DNA of 64,000 nt from Candidatus Enterousia sp. Lineage in GTDB: Bacteria > Pseudomonadota > Alphaproteobacteria > Rs-D84. Below the pieces are notes generated by a model. That model was not told where the DNA came from. It was given only the letters and a program-made list of their open reading frames with translations, and did no database searches. Below, in pieces: positions 28,174 through 37,279 of the stretch (within the stretch, counting starts at the first letter, position 1; every line of letters starts with the position of its first letter). Where the stretch lies: NCBI GenBank assembly GCA_045636045.1, contig JAZTWT010000004.1, forward strand, positions 52,257 through 116,256. The letters are read 5' to 3'. The position numbers and the translations under genes are program-made.

Positions 28174-28950
28174 ATGTCTGATTTTACACTACGTGACCTG
28201 GAACTGGCTGGTGTTAGATGGGAATTGGCGGATTCTCCTATTACTGTACCTGTCTCAGAAAAAAAAGAAGAAATTATTATGCCAAAACGTCCAACGGCCG
28301 CAACTGTTATGGCAGAAATAGGGCGTGTTGCAACATCTGTTGTACCGCCTGTTGCGCCATCTCAGACAATGTCATTGGATACGGTTCGTGCGATGGCATC
28401 ACGCCCAATGGATATGGCAACACTGAATCGCATGATTAACGAATTTAATCATCCGCTGCGCATAACGGCAACAAACACTATTTTACCACACGTGGGGCAG
28501 GGTGGGCTGCTGATAATAAATGACGTACCATCATCTGACGATGATGCATCGGGGGCGGTTTTATCTGGTGCTGCTGGTGATCTGATGGACAAGATGTTGG
28601 CTGCGATTGGTTTATCACGTGCGACTGCATCGATTATACCAATGGTTTTCTGGCGTACGCCTGGCGGTCGTACACCATCGCGTGAAGAATTGGATTTGTC
28701 GCGTCCATTTATTGACAGGGCGATTGAATTATTACAACCACGTGTAATACTAACGCTGGGGACATTGCCAGCAACCGAGATTGCAGGGGTAAACTTGGCG
28801 AAATCACATGGTATGCCGGTTGTTATGGAAAATGGCACAACACTGATGCCGATTTATCATCCGAATTTTCTGATGTTAAAGCCAGCAGCCAAACGCGATG
28901 TATGGGAAGCGCTGCAAAAAGTGCAAAATATCTTGAAAACTGCCGAATAA
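28174..28950 (+). CDS. Uracil-DNA glycosylase family-4-like protein with degenerate active-site motifs (259 aa)
   Basis: The C-terminal 170 aa align to the family-4 UDG core (AAGDLMDKMLAAIGLSR, HPNFLMLKP). The canonical GEAPG and PFvGxAG motifs are replaced by INDVP and AVLSGAAG. ATG at 28174 follows the Shine-Dalgarno sequence aaggaaaaac. Confidence 0.6.
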   Translation: MSDFTLRDLELAGVRWELADSPITVPVSEKKEEIIMPKRPTAATVMAEIGRVATSVVPPVAPSQTMSLDTVRAMASRPMDMATLNRMINEFNHPLRITATNTILPHVGQGGLLIINDVPSSDDDASGAVLSGAAGDLMDKMLAAIGLSRATASIIPMVFWRTPGGRTPSREELDLSRPFIDRAIELLQPRVILTLGTLPATEIAGVNLAKSHGMPVVMENGTTLMPIYHPNFLMLKPAAKRDVWEALQKVQNILKTAE

Positions 28951-28990
28951 TAGTTAATAATTCGCGTGTATTGTAATAAAGGAGCCTACA

Positions 28991-29539
28991 ATTAAACCTA
29001 CAATTAATCGTGATAATCGTCGCGACACTGGTCCGCGTATGAATAATAAAATATTTGCAAAATCTGTTCAGGTTATCAGTTCTGATGGCCAGAATTTAGG
29101 TGTTATGCCAACGTCCCAGGCGATACAAATGGCGCTTGATATGGGGTTGGACTTGGTTGAAATGAATGCCAATGCACCTGTACCAATTACGAAAATAATG
29201 GATTATGGTAAATTCAAATATGAACAGAAAAAACGCGCGTCTGAGGCTCGCAAGAATCAAAAAACAACAGAATTAAAAGAAGTTTGGATTAAACCGTTTA
29301 TTGAAGAAAACGATTTAAATATCAAATTGAAAAAGGTTTTTGAATTTCTGTCCGAAGGGAATAAGGTTAAGATTTCTGTTATGACCAAGGGGTCCAAGAA
29401 AGTTTTGGCACGCGGTAAAGATGCTGTTCCTGAATTATTTGCCCGTGTAATCGAAGTGGTCGGGGACAAGGGGAATCTGGAATCAAAATCTAAACCAGAT
29501 GAACGTACAAAGTCAATTATTATTGCACCTGCAAAATAA
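28991..29539 (+). CDS. infC: Translation initiation factor IF-3, probably starting at AUU
   Basis: IKPTINRDNRRDTGPRMNNKIFAKSVQVISSDGQNLGV resembles the IF3 N-terminus. The frame is open back to the stop at 28958. The Shine-Dalgarno sequence aaaggag (28978-84) lies 6 nt before ATT at 28991. The first ATG at 29039 would truncate conserved N-terminal residues. Confidence 0.75.
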   Translation: MKPTINRDNRRDTGPRMNNKIFAKSVQVISSDGQNLGVMPTSQAIQMALDMGLDLVEMNANAPVPITKIMDYGKFKYEQKKRASEARKNQKTTELKEVWIKPFIEENDLNIKLKKVFEFLSEGNKVKISVMTKGSKKVLARGKDAVPELFARVIEVVGDKGNLESKSKPDERTKSIIIAPAK

Positions 29540-29566
29540 AAAATCCCCGATTGGGGATTTTTTATT
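29540..29566 (+). terminator. Intrinsic terminator after infC (atccccgattggggat + T-run)
   Basis: Hairpin followed by a T-run. Confidence 0.6.
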
Positions 29567-29602
29567 TATAATGATTATGTGATTTTTTTACCAAAGTCTT
29601 GC

Positions 29603-29630
29603 AAATAAAAATCCCCCAAAAGGGGGATTA
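29603..29630 (-). terminator. Intrinsic terminator after the TPR gene (atcccccaaaagggggat)
   Basis: Hairpin followed by a T-run on the minus strand. Confidence 0.6.
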
Positions 29631-29632
29631 AT

Positions 29633-30694
29633 TTACATCACAGGCGTTTCTGGTACTACTGGTTGCGCAACACTTGTGTCTGCTTGTCCCGGTATTGTTA
29701 CCTGGATTAATTCATTAATCAATCCCTGTAATCTGTTTGCGGTTTCTGTATCGCTTAACGCAATCGCGATTGTATATGCAGATTCCAGATCAGTGCGCGC
29801 TGCATCTGTGTTGCCCAGATTCAGATTCAATGCAGCAGACTTTTCAAAGTAATTCATCGCATTGTTTGATAAAGCTTCGCGTTCTTCCAACGTTGGTGCA
29901 CCTTGAATCTGTTCAGAGATTACGCGAATTGCAGATGAATAATCGCTGATTGCATCTGCATAGTTTCCGATAGCTGTGTATGCCTCGGCACGTTCTGCAT
30001 AAACTGTTGGGTTAATTGTACCTTCTGGGCGAGACAATGAATTTGTATAGTCTGCGATTGCGCCTTCCCAATTTTTCAACCACAAATTCAACTGACCGCG
30101 TTTTGCATATAAATCGCGCATTTGCAACATTGGGCTGGGGTTCTGGGTATTTGCAGCCAGTGCGTTATTAATATCATTCAGTGCTGCATTATAATCTTCC
30201 AGACGTGTATTCAGCAACGCACGGTCATAATATGCAACTGCATTCGCGGGGTCTTTGTATAATGCTGTGTTAAAGTCATTCATTGCTTCGCGATAGTTGC
30301 CGGCCTGCATATGTGCTTCGCCACGCAGGATATATGTTTCCATAGATGCTGCGCCTGCATCAATTGCTGTTGTTAAATCTGCAACTGCTTCGTCAATATT
30401 TCCATCCAGCAATTTTTCTTTGCCTTTCTCATAGTAATCGGCGGCCTGCATTAATACTTCTTCGGTAATCTGAACATCGCGTGTGTTTGGTATACCATTA
30501 TGCGAACGACCCAGGATATAAAAAGTCGCTGCGATAAAGAATAAAATAATAAACCAATAAACATAAATTGAAACGGACCATGGGTTAAAACATGGCTTTT
30601 GCGCTTTTTCTTTTACGGTTGGTTTAGATGCAATTGGGCGCACTTTTGTGCGGGTTTTAAAGTTATTGTTTTTATTTGCAGATGTTTTTTTCAT
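29633..30694 (-). CDS. TPR-repeat membrane-anchored protein (353 aa)
   Basis: N-terminal TM helix (YWFIILFFIAATFYILG) followed by multiple TPR-like repeats. Confidence 0.6.
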   Translation of the reverse strand: MKKTSANKNNNFKTRTKVRPIASKPTVKEKAQKPCFNPWSVSIYVYWFIILFFIAATFYILGRSHNGIPNTRDVQITEEVLMQAADYYEKGKEKLLDGNIDEAVADLTTAIDAGAASMETYILRGEAHMQAGNYREAMNDFNTALYKDPANAVAYYDRALLNTRLEDYNAALNDINNALAANTQNPSPMLQMRDLYAKRGQLNLWLKNWEGAIADYTNSLSRPEGTINPTVYAERAEAYTAIGNYADAISDYSSAIRVISEQIQGAPTLEEREALSNNAMNYFEKSAALNLNLGNTDAARTDLESAYTIAIALSDTETANRLQGLINELIQVTIPGQADTSVAQPVVPETPVM

Positions 30695-30722
30695 GTAAAA
30701 CTCCCTTCCATTTAATAGAATA

Positions 30723-31421
30723 TTAGAGAGTTTTTAACATTTCGTCAATTGTTTTCTGTTGTATTTTTTGAATTTTTCCAACAGGCAGTTTTCCTAGGTG
30801 AATATTTCCAAATGAAATTCGGTGTAATTTGCGTACAGGACAACCACACGCACGCAGAACAATTCGAACTTCGTTTTTTTTACCCTCGTGCACTGTCACG
30901 CGTAAAACATTGCTACCTTGTTCATCTATTATCATTGGGGCGTATTTAATTCCATCGACGGTCATACCATTTCGTGCGTGCTGCAATTTTGAAAAATCAT
31001 TAGAATTAACGGTCGCGATATAAGTGCGTGGAATTCGTGATGATGGCATGGTTAATTTTCGTGCCAAATCACCATCGTTTGTCATCAGCAATAAACCTGT
31101 TGTTTTATAGTCTAATCTGCCAACATATTTCAGTTTTTTGTGTTCCGTATCCAGACAATCATAAATTGTCTTTCTGCTATTTGGATCACGCAGCGTCGTC
31201 ATTGTATTCAAAGGTTTATGAAAAGCATACAATTCTGTTTTTGTTCGCGCGCCGATTTTTATGCCGTCAATCTCAACGGTATCGCCATCTTCGATAAAAA
31301 ATACGGGCGTATTAATTTTTTTACCATTTACACACACGTGCCCCGCCAGAATTATTTCTTCGGCCGCGCGTCGTGATGCATATCCTGAATCTGCAATAAA
31401 TTTTGCAACCCGTATCGCCAT
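30723..31421 (-). CDS. rRNA pseudouridine synthase (RsuA/RluB family, S4 domain)
   Basis: N-terminal S4 domain (RVAKFIADSGYASRRAAEEII) and catalytic VGRLDYKTTGLLLMTNDG. Confidence 0.8.
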   Translation of the reverse strand: MAIRVAKFIADSGYASRRAAEEIILAGHVCVNGKKINTPVFFIEDGDTVEIDGIKIGARTKTELYAFHKPLNTMTTLRDPNSRKTIYDCLDTEHKKLKYVGRLDYKTTGLLLMTNDGDLARKLTMPSSRIPRTYIATVNSNDFSKLQHARNGMTVDGIKYAPMIIDEQGSNVLRVTVHEGKKNEVRIVLRACGCPVRKLHRISFGNIHLGKLPVGKIQKIQQKTIDEMLKTL

Positions 31422-31422
31422 A

Positions 31423-32079
31423 TTATTTCACCATCCGTGCAACTGCGATTGCTGCCGCCAATTCTGCGCGCAATATTGTTTTCCCCAGTGAAATACCACG
31501 CGCGCCTGCTGTGTCCAGTGCTTTGAATTCTGAATCTGAGAATCCCCCTTCGGGTCCAACCAGAATTGATTTTATATCGCTTGTTTCAGTGCTAACTTCA
31601 TGTCCATATGCAGCGCGTTCATCTGCAAATACAACATTTGTTAAATCAATTTCAGAAAACTTTTTTGGTGGCAGTATTTTTGGCACGCTGTTTCGATTTG
31701 ATTGTTCGGCCGCCTCGACCACAATTTTAACCATTCGTGTCCAATTTATATGATTTGCGTTTGTGCGTTCTGTAATAACTGGTTGAAAGGTTGCGACCCC
31801 CATCTGCGTTGCCATATTCAGTAAATCATCTGTTCGCTTAATCGGGGCGAACATCAGTATTAAATTGTTTGATGGGTCAGTGTGTTCTGTCTGTTCGCCA
31901 ATATTTAACACGCGTCCGTCATCAGACAGGTTTGCAACAAATTCGCGTCCACCCCCAAATGCCAGACACTGATTTGTGCGCATGACGCGCGTCAGATAGT
32001 GCGCGGTCCCCTTATCAACAGGGATTACATTGCCTGTTTCCAGGTTGTCGCCCATAAATATGCGTGGTATATTTTTCAT
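31423..32079 (-). CDS. rsmE: 16S rRNA (uracil1498-N3)-methyltransferase RsmE
   Basis: 218 aa with the RsmE-family C-terminus (LVGPEGGFSDSE...ISLGKTILRAE). Confidence 0.75.
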   Translation of the reverse strand: MKNIPRIFMGDNLETGNVIPVDKGTAHYLTRVMRTNQCLAFGGGREFVANLSDDGRVLNIGEQTEHTDPSNNLILMFAPIKRTDDLLNMATQMGVATFQPVITERTNANHINWTRMVKIVVEAAEQSNRNSVPKILPPKKFSEIDLTNVVFADERAAYGHEVSTETSDIKSILVGPEGGFSDSEFKALDTAGARGISLGKTILRAELAAAIAVARMVK

Positions 32080-32134
32080 AAAATTATATTTCCTGATTTA
32101 TAAAATATGTTTTTTCTGATATAATCATATCACT

Positions 32135-34375
32135 ATGGCAATCAAATTCAACTTTTTATCAGCATCCGGCAAAGGCAAGGGGCTGGGTATATTTCGGTCC
32201 AGTTCATACAAAGAATTTGACCAAACACCAATGGCACGTGAATTCTGGGGGATTCGTTGGTCAATATTAACATGGTTAATTGCGGCATTAATGTTTGCAG
32301 CGGCGTTTCCTGTTGAACACATTTGGCGTTATGGTTGGTCACCTGCGACCCAGCATTGGATTACAATATACTTACAAAACATGATGGCCAGTTTTGGATT
32401 ATCCGTCCTGGCTGAGGTTCCGTCCTGGATAAATCGTTGTATTATGCGACCTGACTATGCATGTATTACGCCACTGTTGCCCTTGATTGGATATTATTTT
32501 ATATCTGATGCGACAATGTCGGACGAATTTAATCCACACAGCAAGGACAAGTTTGATGAAAAAACATCACGCAAGGCCACGGCAGATGATATCAAAAAGA
32601 TGGGCGATGACCATAAAAATAAAGATGGTATGTTTAATGGATTTATGATGGTGCTGGGATATTTCAAAAGCAAGGCATTAAGATTAGATACCTGTCTGTC
32701 TGCTTTGTTGTTGGCGCCTGCTGGTACTGGTAAAACCCAGGGTGTTGTTATTCCGACTATTTTGGGGTGTGACAAGGTTTCTATGATTATAAATGACCCA
32801 AAACCAGAATTGTGCTTTGACACATCTGCATATCGTGCAACGGTGGGGCCTGTGTTTATATTAAACTGGGCGGGGCGCGATGAACCAGAAAAAGGAATTT
32901 ATTATCCGGCATGGAATCCGTTGTCGCCAGAAAATCTGCCTGATAATGCCGAAGAAAAAAGTACATATATCCAGGTTATTGTTAATTCAATTATTGAAGA
33001 AAATGCCAAAGACCCACATTGGTCAAACACTGCGCGTGCGGCATTAACAGGTTTTATAAACTTCATCGTATCCAAGGTTGAACGTGCCAAGGCAAATGAT
33101 TATTTTTATGCGCGTCTGAAAAATGGTACTTTTGATGCCCAGGATGCATCGGTTCTGATGGATTATTATATGACAATGACATCTGACCCAAATGCATATG
33201 CTGCCATGTCTTTGTTGCAACAGGGGAAATTAGATATAAATAATTATGTGCATGTTGGCACGTGGGGTGGTTTGCCATCCGAATGGCATGGGGGCGAAGC
33301 ATCAATCCCTATGTTCCTGGCGTGGTATGTAGAAGGTCAGATAAAGGTTGCCCAACAAATTGAAGAGCGTAAACGCCAGGGTGACCAGATGGTTATGATG
33401 GCAGACCCGATGAAAGATTTCTTGAACGAGGCAGTAAACGAAGCACAATTATATGCATATGATAATGATGCAGTATCGGCGCTGATTAACCTGGCGAATA
33501 CACCGGACAAGGAACGCGGTTCTGTTATATCAACAATGAATGCTGGACTAAATATTTTCCGTCATCCAGCGGTGAACAAGCATACACGTCATTCTGATTT
33601 GCACTTTGGTGATTTGCGCGGAATGAAAGACCCACGTGATGGTGTGGTAAAACCTGTGACGGTATATCTGTCTATGAATGTTGCAGATGCGCCTGCGTTC
33701 AGTTCGATTACCAGTATGTTTATTGAATTGTTGTCAAAGTTCCTGATTGCAAATAAACCAGAAAGTACTAATCATGGGCAAAAACTGGGGCCATATCCAA
33801 CATTATTTGTGTTGGACGAAATGCCGACGATGAATAAGTTAGAGGCAATTATCCAAGGTCCCGCTGTTGGTCGTGGGCAAAAGGTGTCATACCTGATTGT
33901 AGGCCAGGATATCAGCCAGATTGCCGAAAAATATGGCGACAAGGCCGCAGACACAATTATTGCTAATACCGCAGCCAAGGTAATATTGCGCGTGAACGAG
34001 CCTGCGACCGCCGAACGTTTTACAAACATGATGGGTAAGAAAAAAACCAAGAAGAAAGAAAAAGGTCCGGATGGCAAAGAAACCGAAGTGACCAAAGACG
34101 AAGATTTGTTCAGCCCAATGGATTTGATGACATTGCCGATGGGAAAACAGATTATTATGTATCAGGGGCACTATAATCGCCCGATTGAGGCTGATGGCGA
34201 ATGGCATTTCCTGCGCAAGAACAAGATTCAAATAGAAATGAATGACAAGGTGCGCATGGGTTCAACAACCCCGATTCCAGAATATTTGGTTGCAAAACAT
34301 CATCGTGCTTTGCGTTATCCTGGGGTACCGCGTGTATATGACCCACAGACAAAGACGGTTAAAGAATTGGCATAA
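32135..34375 (+). CDS. Type IV secretion/conjugation coupling protein (VirD4/TraG family)
   Basis: 746 aa with two N-terminal TM helices, Walker A LLAPAGTGKTQGVVIPTIL, Walker B LFVLDEMPTM, and the overall T4CP architecture. Confidence 0.7.
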   Translation: MAIKFNFLSASGKGKGLGIFRSSSYKEFDQTPMAREFWGIRWSILTWLIAALMFAAAFPVEHIWRYGWSPATQHWITIYLQNMMASFGLSVLAEVPSWINRCIMRPDYACITPLLPLIGYYFISDATMSDEFNPHSKDKFDEKTSRKATADDIKKMGDDHKNKDGMFNGFMMVLGYFKSKALRLDTCLSALLLAPAGTGKTQGVVIPTILGCDKVSMIINDPKPELCFDTSAYRATVGPVFILNWAGRDEPEKGIYYPAWNPLSPENLPDNAEEKSTYIQVIVNSIIEENAKDPHWSNTARAALTGFINFIVSKVERAKANDYFYARLKNGTFDAQDASVLMDYYMTMTSDPNAYAAMSLLQQGKLDINNYVHVGTWGGLPSEWHGGEASIPMFLAWYVEGQIKVAQQIEERKRQGDQMVMMADPMKDFLNEAVNEAQLYAYDNDAVSALINLANTPDKERGSVISTMNAGLNIFRHPAVNKHTRHSDLHFGDLRGMKDPRDGVVKPVTVYLSMNVADAPAFSSITSMFIELLSKFLIANKPESTNHGQKLGPYPTLFVLDEMPTMNKLEAIIQGPAVGRGQKVSYLIVGQDISQIAEKYGDKAADTIIANTAAKVILRVNEPATAERFTNMMGKKKTKKKEKGPDGKETEVTKDEDLFSPMDLMTLPMGKQIIMYQGHYNRPIEADGEWHFLRKNKIQIEMNDKVRMGSTTPIPEYLVAKHHRALRYPGVPRVYDPQTKTVKELA

Positions 34376-34401
34376 AAAATCCCCATGCGGGGATTTTTTT
34401 A
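34375..34401 (+). terminator. Intrinsic terminator after the coupling-protein gene (atccccatgcggggat + T-run)
   Basis: Hairpin followed by a T-run. Confidence 0.6.
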
Positions 34402-34416
34402 AAATGGGGATTTATT

Positions 34417-34764
34417 ATGGTAATTATTGGTTTTTCAGGAAAAACATCTAAAATTTTGCCACGAATTTTTTGTCGGCGTTTTCGGCATGTTGCTGTAATC
34501 GTGCCGACAGCTTCTGGATTTATAATGTATCAGTTTATGCGCCATGCTCATATTGCCAAGATAGCACTGCATGCACGCGATATCGGTATTTTGAAAAGAT
34601 ATGGTTGGGTGTTTATAGAATTACCAAATACTGCGCCGATGGGGTTGGAATACAATCGCGCGTTTACATGTGTTCAGTTGGCAAAATACTCAATCAGCAT
34701 GCAGAAAATTTCTATTCAGACACCAAATGCACTGTACAAAAGATTACAAGCCCTTGAATTTTAA
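34417..34764 (+). CDS. Hypothetical protein (115 aa) immediately downstream of the coupling-protein gene
   Basis: ORF with conserved-looking Cys/His residues (MVIIGFSGK...CRRFRH...). No confident family assignment. Confidence 0.35.
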   Translation: MVIIGFSGKTSKILPRIFCRRFRHVAVIVPTASGFIMYQFMRHAHIAKIALHARDIGILKRYGWVFIELPNTAPMGLEYNRAFTCVQLAKYSISMQKISIQTPNALYKRLQALEF

Positions 34765-35046
34765 TTGTTTCTAGGGCAAATTATCACTATGAATTTAATC
34801 CAGAATCTGTTTTGAATAAACAGTATACAAAAAATCATCAAGAACAATATTATTATGCAGAAGCATATATAAATAACTTTATTGAAAAAAACAATTTGTC
34901 TTATCTTGTGTTCAGAACCAAAAACACAGAAACAACAACATACAAATTTATATTTTTTAAAATTCTGAAAAAAATCTTTTACAAAGATAACGGTGAAACA
35001 AAATATTATTTGTTTGGCGTGCGTATACTAAAGACCTATATAAGGT

Positions 35047-35086
35047 AAAAAAATCCGCCTGTAATGGCGGATTTTTATTTTTTTAT
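35047..35086. terminator. Bidirectional terminator (atccgcctgtaatggcggat)
   Basis: Palindrome with A-run and T-run flanks at the yidC stop. Confidence 0.6.
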
Positions 35087-36651
35087 CTGGTTTGACGTTT
35101 TATTATTTGCATTTGGATAATCCCGAATATATTTGACACTGTCCAATACAGAACTAAACCTGCTGGCATCCATGCGAACATTACTGTAAACAGTATCGGC
35201 ATCCAACGCATCATGCGCTGGGTCTGGGCCGCCACATCGTTGCCGTTTGAATTGGTTTTTGCGGACTGTAAATACTGTTGAACCAACATGGTAATACCCA
35301 TCAAAATTGGCAAGATAAAGTAAGGGTCCATTGCCGACAAATCTGATATCCACAGAAAGTGTGCATTGCGCATTGCAACCGATACCAATAATGCCTTGTA
35401 CAATGCAAAGAAGATAGGAATCTGAATCAGCATCGGCAAACATCCTGACATTGGTGATGTTTTGTGTGTTTGGTATAATTTCATCATTTCCATCTGCATG
35501 CGCATTTTATCATTCGCATACAGTTTCTGGATGCGCTGCATTTCAGGTTGCATTTTCTGCATTGCTGCCATTGATACATATGATTTGCGTGTTAATGGCC
35601 ACATCAGCATACGCAACAGGATTGTCATAATTATAATCGCAACACCATAATTCATAACAATGTGATGTATGCTGTTCAGAATCCACAACATTGGGCGCGC
35701 CAAGAACCAGAACCAACCATAATCAATCGTTTCTGCAATACCAGGAATTGTTGCATCAATCGCATTCAGGATATCCTGGTCGCGTGGACCGGTAAATATA
35801 TTTGTTGTAATTGTGGCTGTTTCACCGGCTGCAACTGGAACAGCGGCCGCGGCTGTATCGGTTATATATTTATCTGCGTTTTTCTTCATACGCATTGTTT
35901 GATCAGGCGCAGAAATTGATACAACTGTTTCCCAATACTGGTCCGCAAAACCTGCAAAACCATTTGTTGTAGAATATGCGTATGATTTTTTATCCAACTT
36001 TTGCCATGGCACAGATTCTGTATCTGAATTAACATACGCGATTGCGCCATTTGTCACACCTGATGCAGACTTCATATCATTGTCGCGAACAATGCGTGCG
36101 TATGGTGCAAATGCAAAATCGCCTTTTGAATTATTCTGAATTGTGTCTGTGATTTTTATTATATATCCATCGGTTGTGATATTTCGTGTAAAATCTATGC
36201 CATCAGAATTACGCCATGTGTTTACGCCATTAACATGTTTCCATGCTGTGGTTGAAGTTGGTGCAGATGTTCCTGTTGCCATCAGACCAACCTCGATAAA
36301 ATTACCGTCTGAACCCAACAATGTCACTGGTTCTGTATTATCAGCAGATACAGGAAAATCTTTCAGTTGTACATCTGATACGCGCAATCCCTGGACCACA
36401 GCCGTTATTTTATCAGATGAAATTTCTGCCACTGGTACTGCCGATAAATCTTCTGTGACAATTGTGTCCGTATCTATCTGCGTGGGTTGTTTTGGCCCCA
36501 TAAACACACCAATCAGCCACCAAGATGCAATAAACAGCAATGTCCAACGCAGCATGCCCGAAAATGGCGACTTCTTTGCTGCTGCGGCCGCATTTTTATT
36601 TGCGTTCCACATATTGAATCCCGAATTTTTATTATCCATATATTGAACCAT
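35083..36651 (-). CDS. yidC: Membrane protein insertase YidC
   Basis: 522 aa with a large periplasmic domain and the conserved C-terminal TM core (PMLIQIPIFFALYKALL, WISDLS). Confidence 0.88.
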   Translation of the reverse strand: MVQYMDNKNSGFNMWNANKNAAAAAKKSPFSGMLRWTLLFIASWWLIGVFMGPKQPTQIDTDTIVTEDLSAVPVAEISSDKITAVVQGLRVSDVQLKDFPVSADNTEPVTLLGSDGNFIEVGLMATGTSAPTSTTAWKHVNGVNTWRNSDGIDFTRNITTDGYIIKITDTIQNNSKGDFAFAPYARIVRDNDMKSASGVTNGAIAYVNSDTESVPWQKLDKKSYAYSTTNGFAGFADQYWETVVSISAPDQTMRMKKNADKYITDTAAAAVPVAAGETATITTNIFTGPRDQDILNAIDATIPGIAETIDYGWFWFLARPMLWILNSIHHIVMNYGVAIIIMTILLRMLMWPLTRKSYVSMAAMQKMQPEMQRIQKLYANDKMRMQMEMMKLYQTHKTSPMSGCLPMLIQIPIFFALYKALLVSVAMRNAHFLWISDLSAMDPYFILPILMGITMLVQQYLQSAKTNSNGNDVAAQTQRMMRWMPILFTVMFAWMPAGLVLYWTVSNIFGIIQMQIIKRQTR

Positions 36652-36653
36652 GA

Positions 36654-37190
36654 TTATTTACCATCCTTTATTGTTTTTAAACATTTACGACGTGCCAGGT
36701 ACATATTAACTAAATATAAACCAACACCAACAACAATGCAAATATCTGCAATATTAAACGCGGGCCAATGCCATCCGCCAATGTGAAAGTCCAGAAAATC
36801 AACCACTGCGCCAAAGCGGATACGGTCAATTAAATTACCAATCGCACCGCCCACAATCAATGCCAGTGGTATGCGTTCATACTCCGTACTGCGAACGAAC
36901 AGATAACGCAATATAAAACCGATTACAACACCGGTTGCGATAACCAACACGATTGGTGCCACTTCGCCCAACGCGCGAAATAATGAAAAAGAAGTTCCTG
37001 GGTTCCATGTAAATACGATATTAAATATATCGCAGACATTTGTCATCAGATATGGCACCGGAACAACATCCCATGCCGGTCCGTATAATGGAATAGTACC
37101 CGTGATTAAATATAATAATACCCCTTTAGACACCTGGTCCAGGAATATTGCCCCCAGAATAATTGACAAGATAAGTGAAAGTTTTTTCAT
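36654..37190 (-). CDS. lspA: Lipoprotein signal peptidase II
   Basis: 178 aa, four TM helices, conserved LDQVSKG and NPG/FNIAD motifs. Confidence 0.85.
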   Translation of the reverse strand: MKKLSLILSIILGAIFLDQVSKGVLLYLITGTIPLYGPAWDVVPVPYLMTNVCDIFNIVFTWNPGTSFSLFRALGEVAPIVLVIATGVVIGFILRYLFVRSTEYERIPLALIVGGAIGNLIDRIRFGAVVDFLDFHIGGWHWPAFNIADICIVVGVGLYLVNMYLARRKCLKTIKDGK

Positions 37191-37279
37191 ATTTTCCTTT
37201 CCATTTTTTCAGGATTTCAATATAGCAACATATATCATTAAAATCAAATAAAATGTCCCCAAAAATGGGGACGGAATAA

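Noticed and set aside
34812-35048. 78-aa ORF in the AT-rich tail after the T4CP region (MNKQYTKNHQEQYYY...).
   Set aside because: Extremely low-complexity Lys/Asn/Tyr/Phe composition driven by AT-richness, with no Shine-Dalgarno sequence. It is more likely non-coding or degraded sequence. I kept it only as part of the island description.
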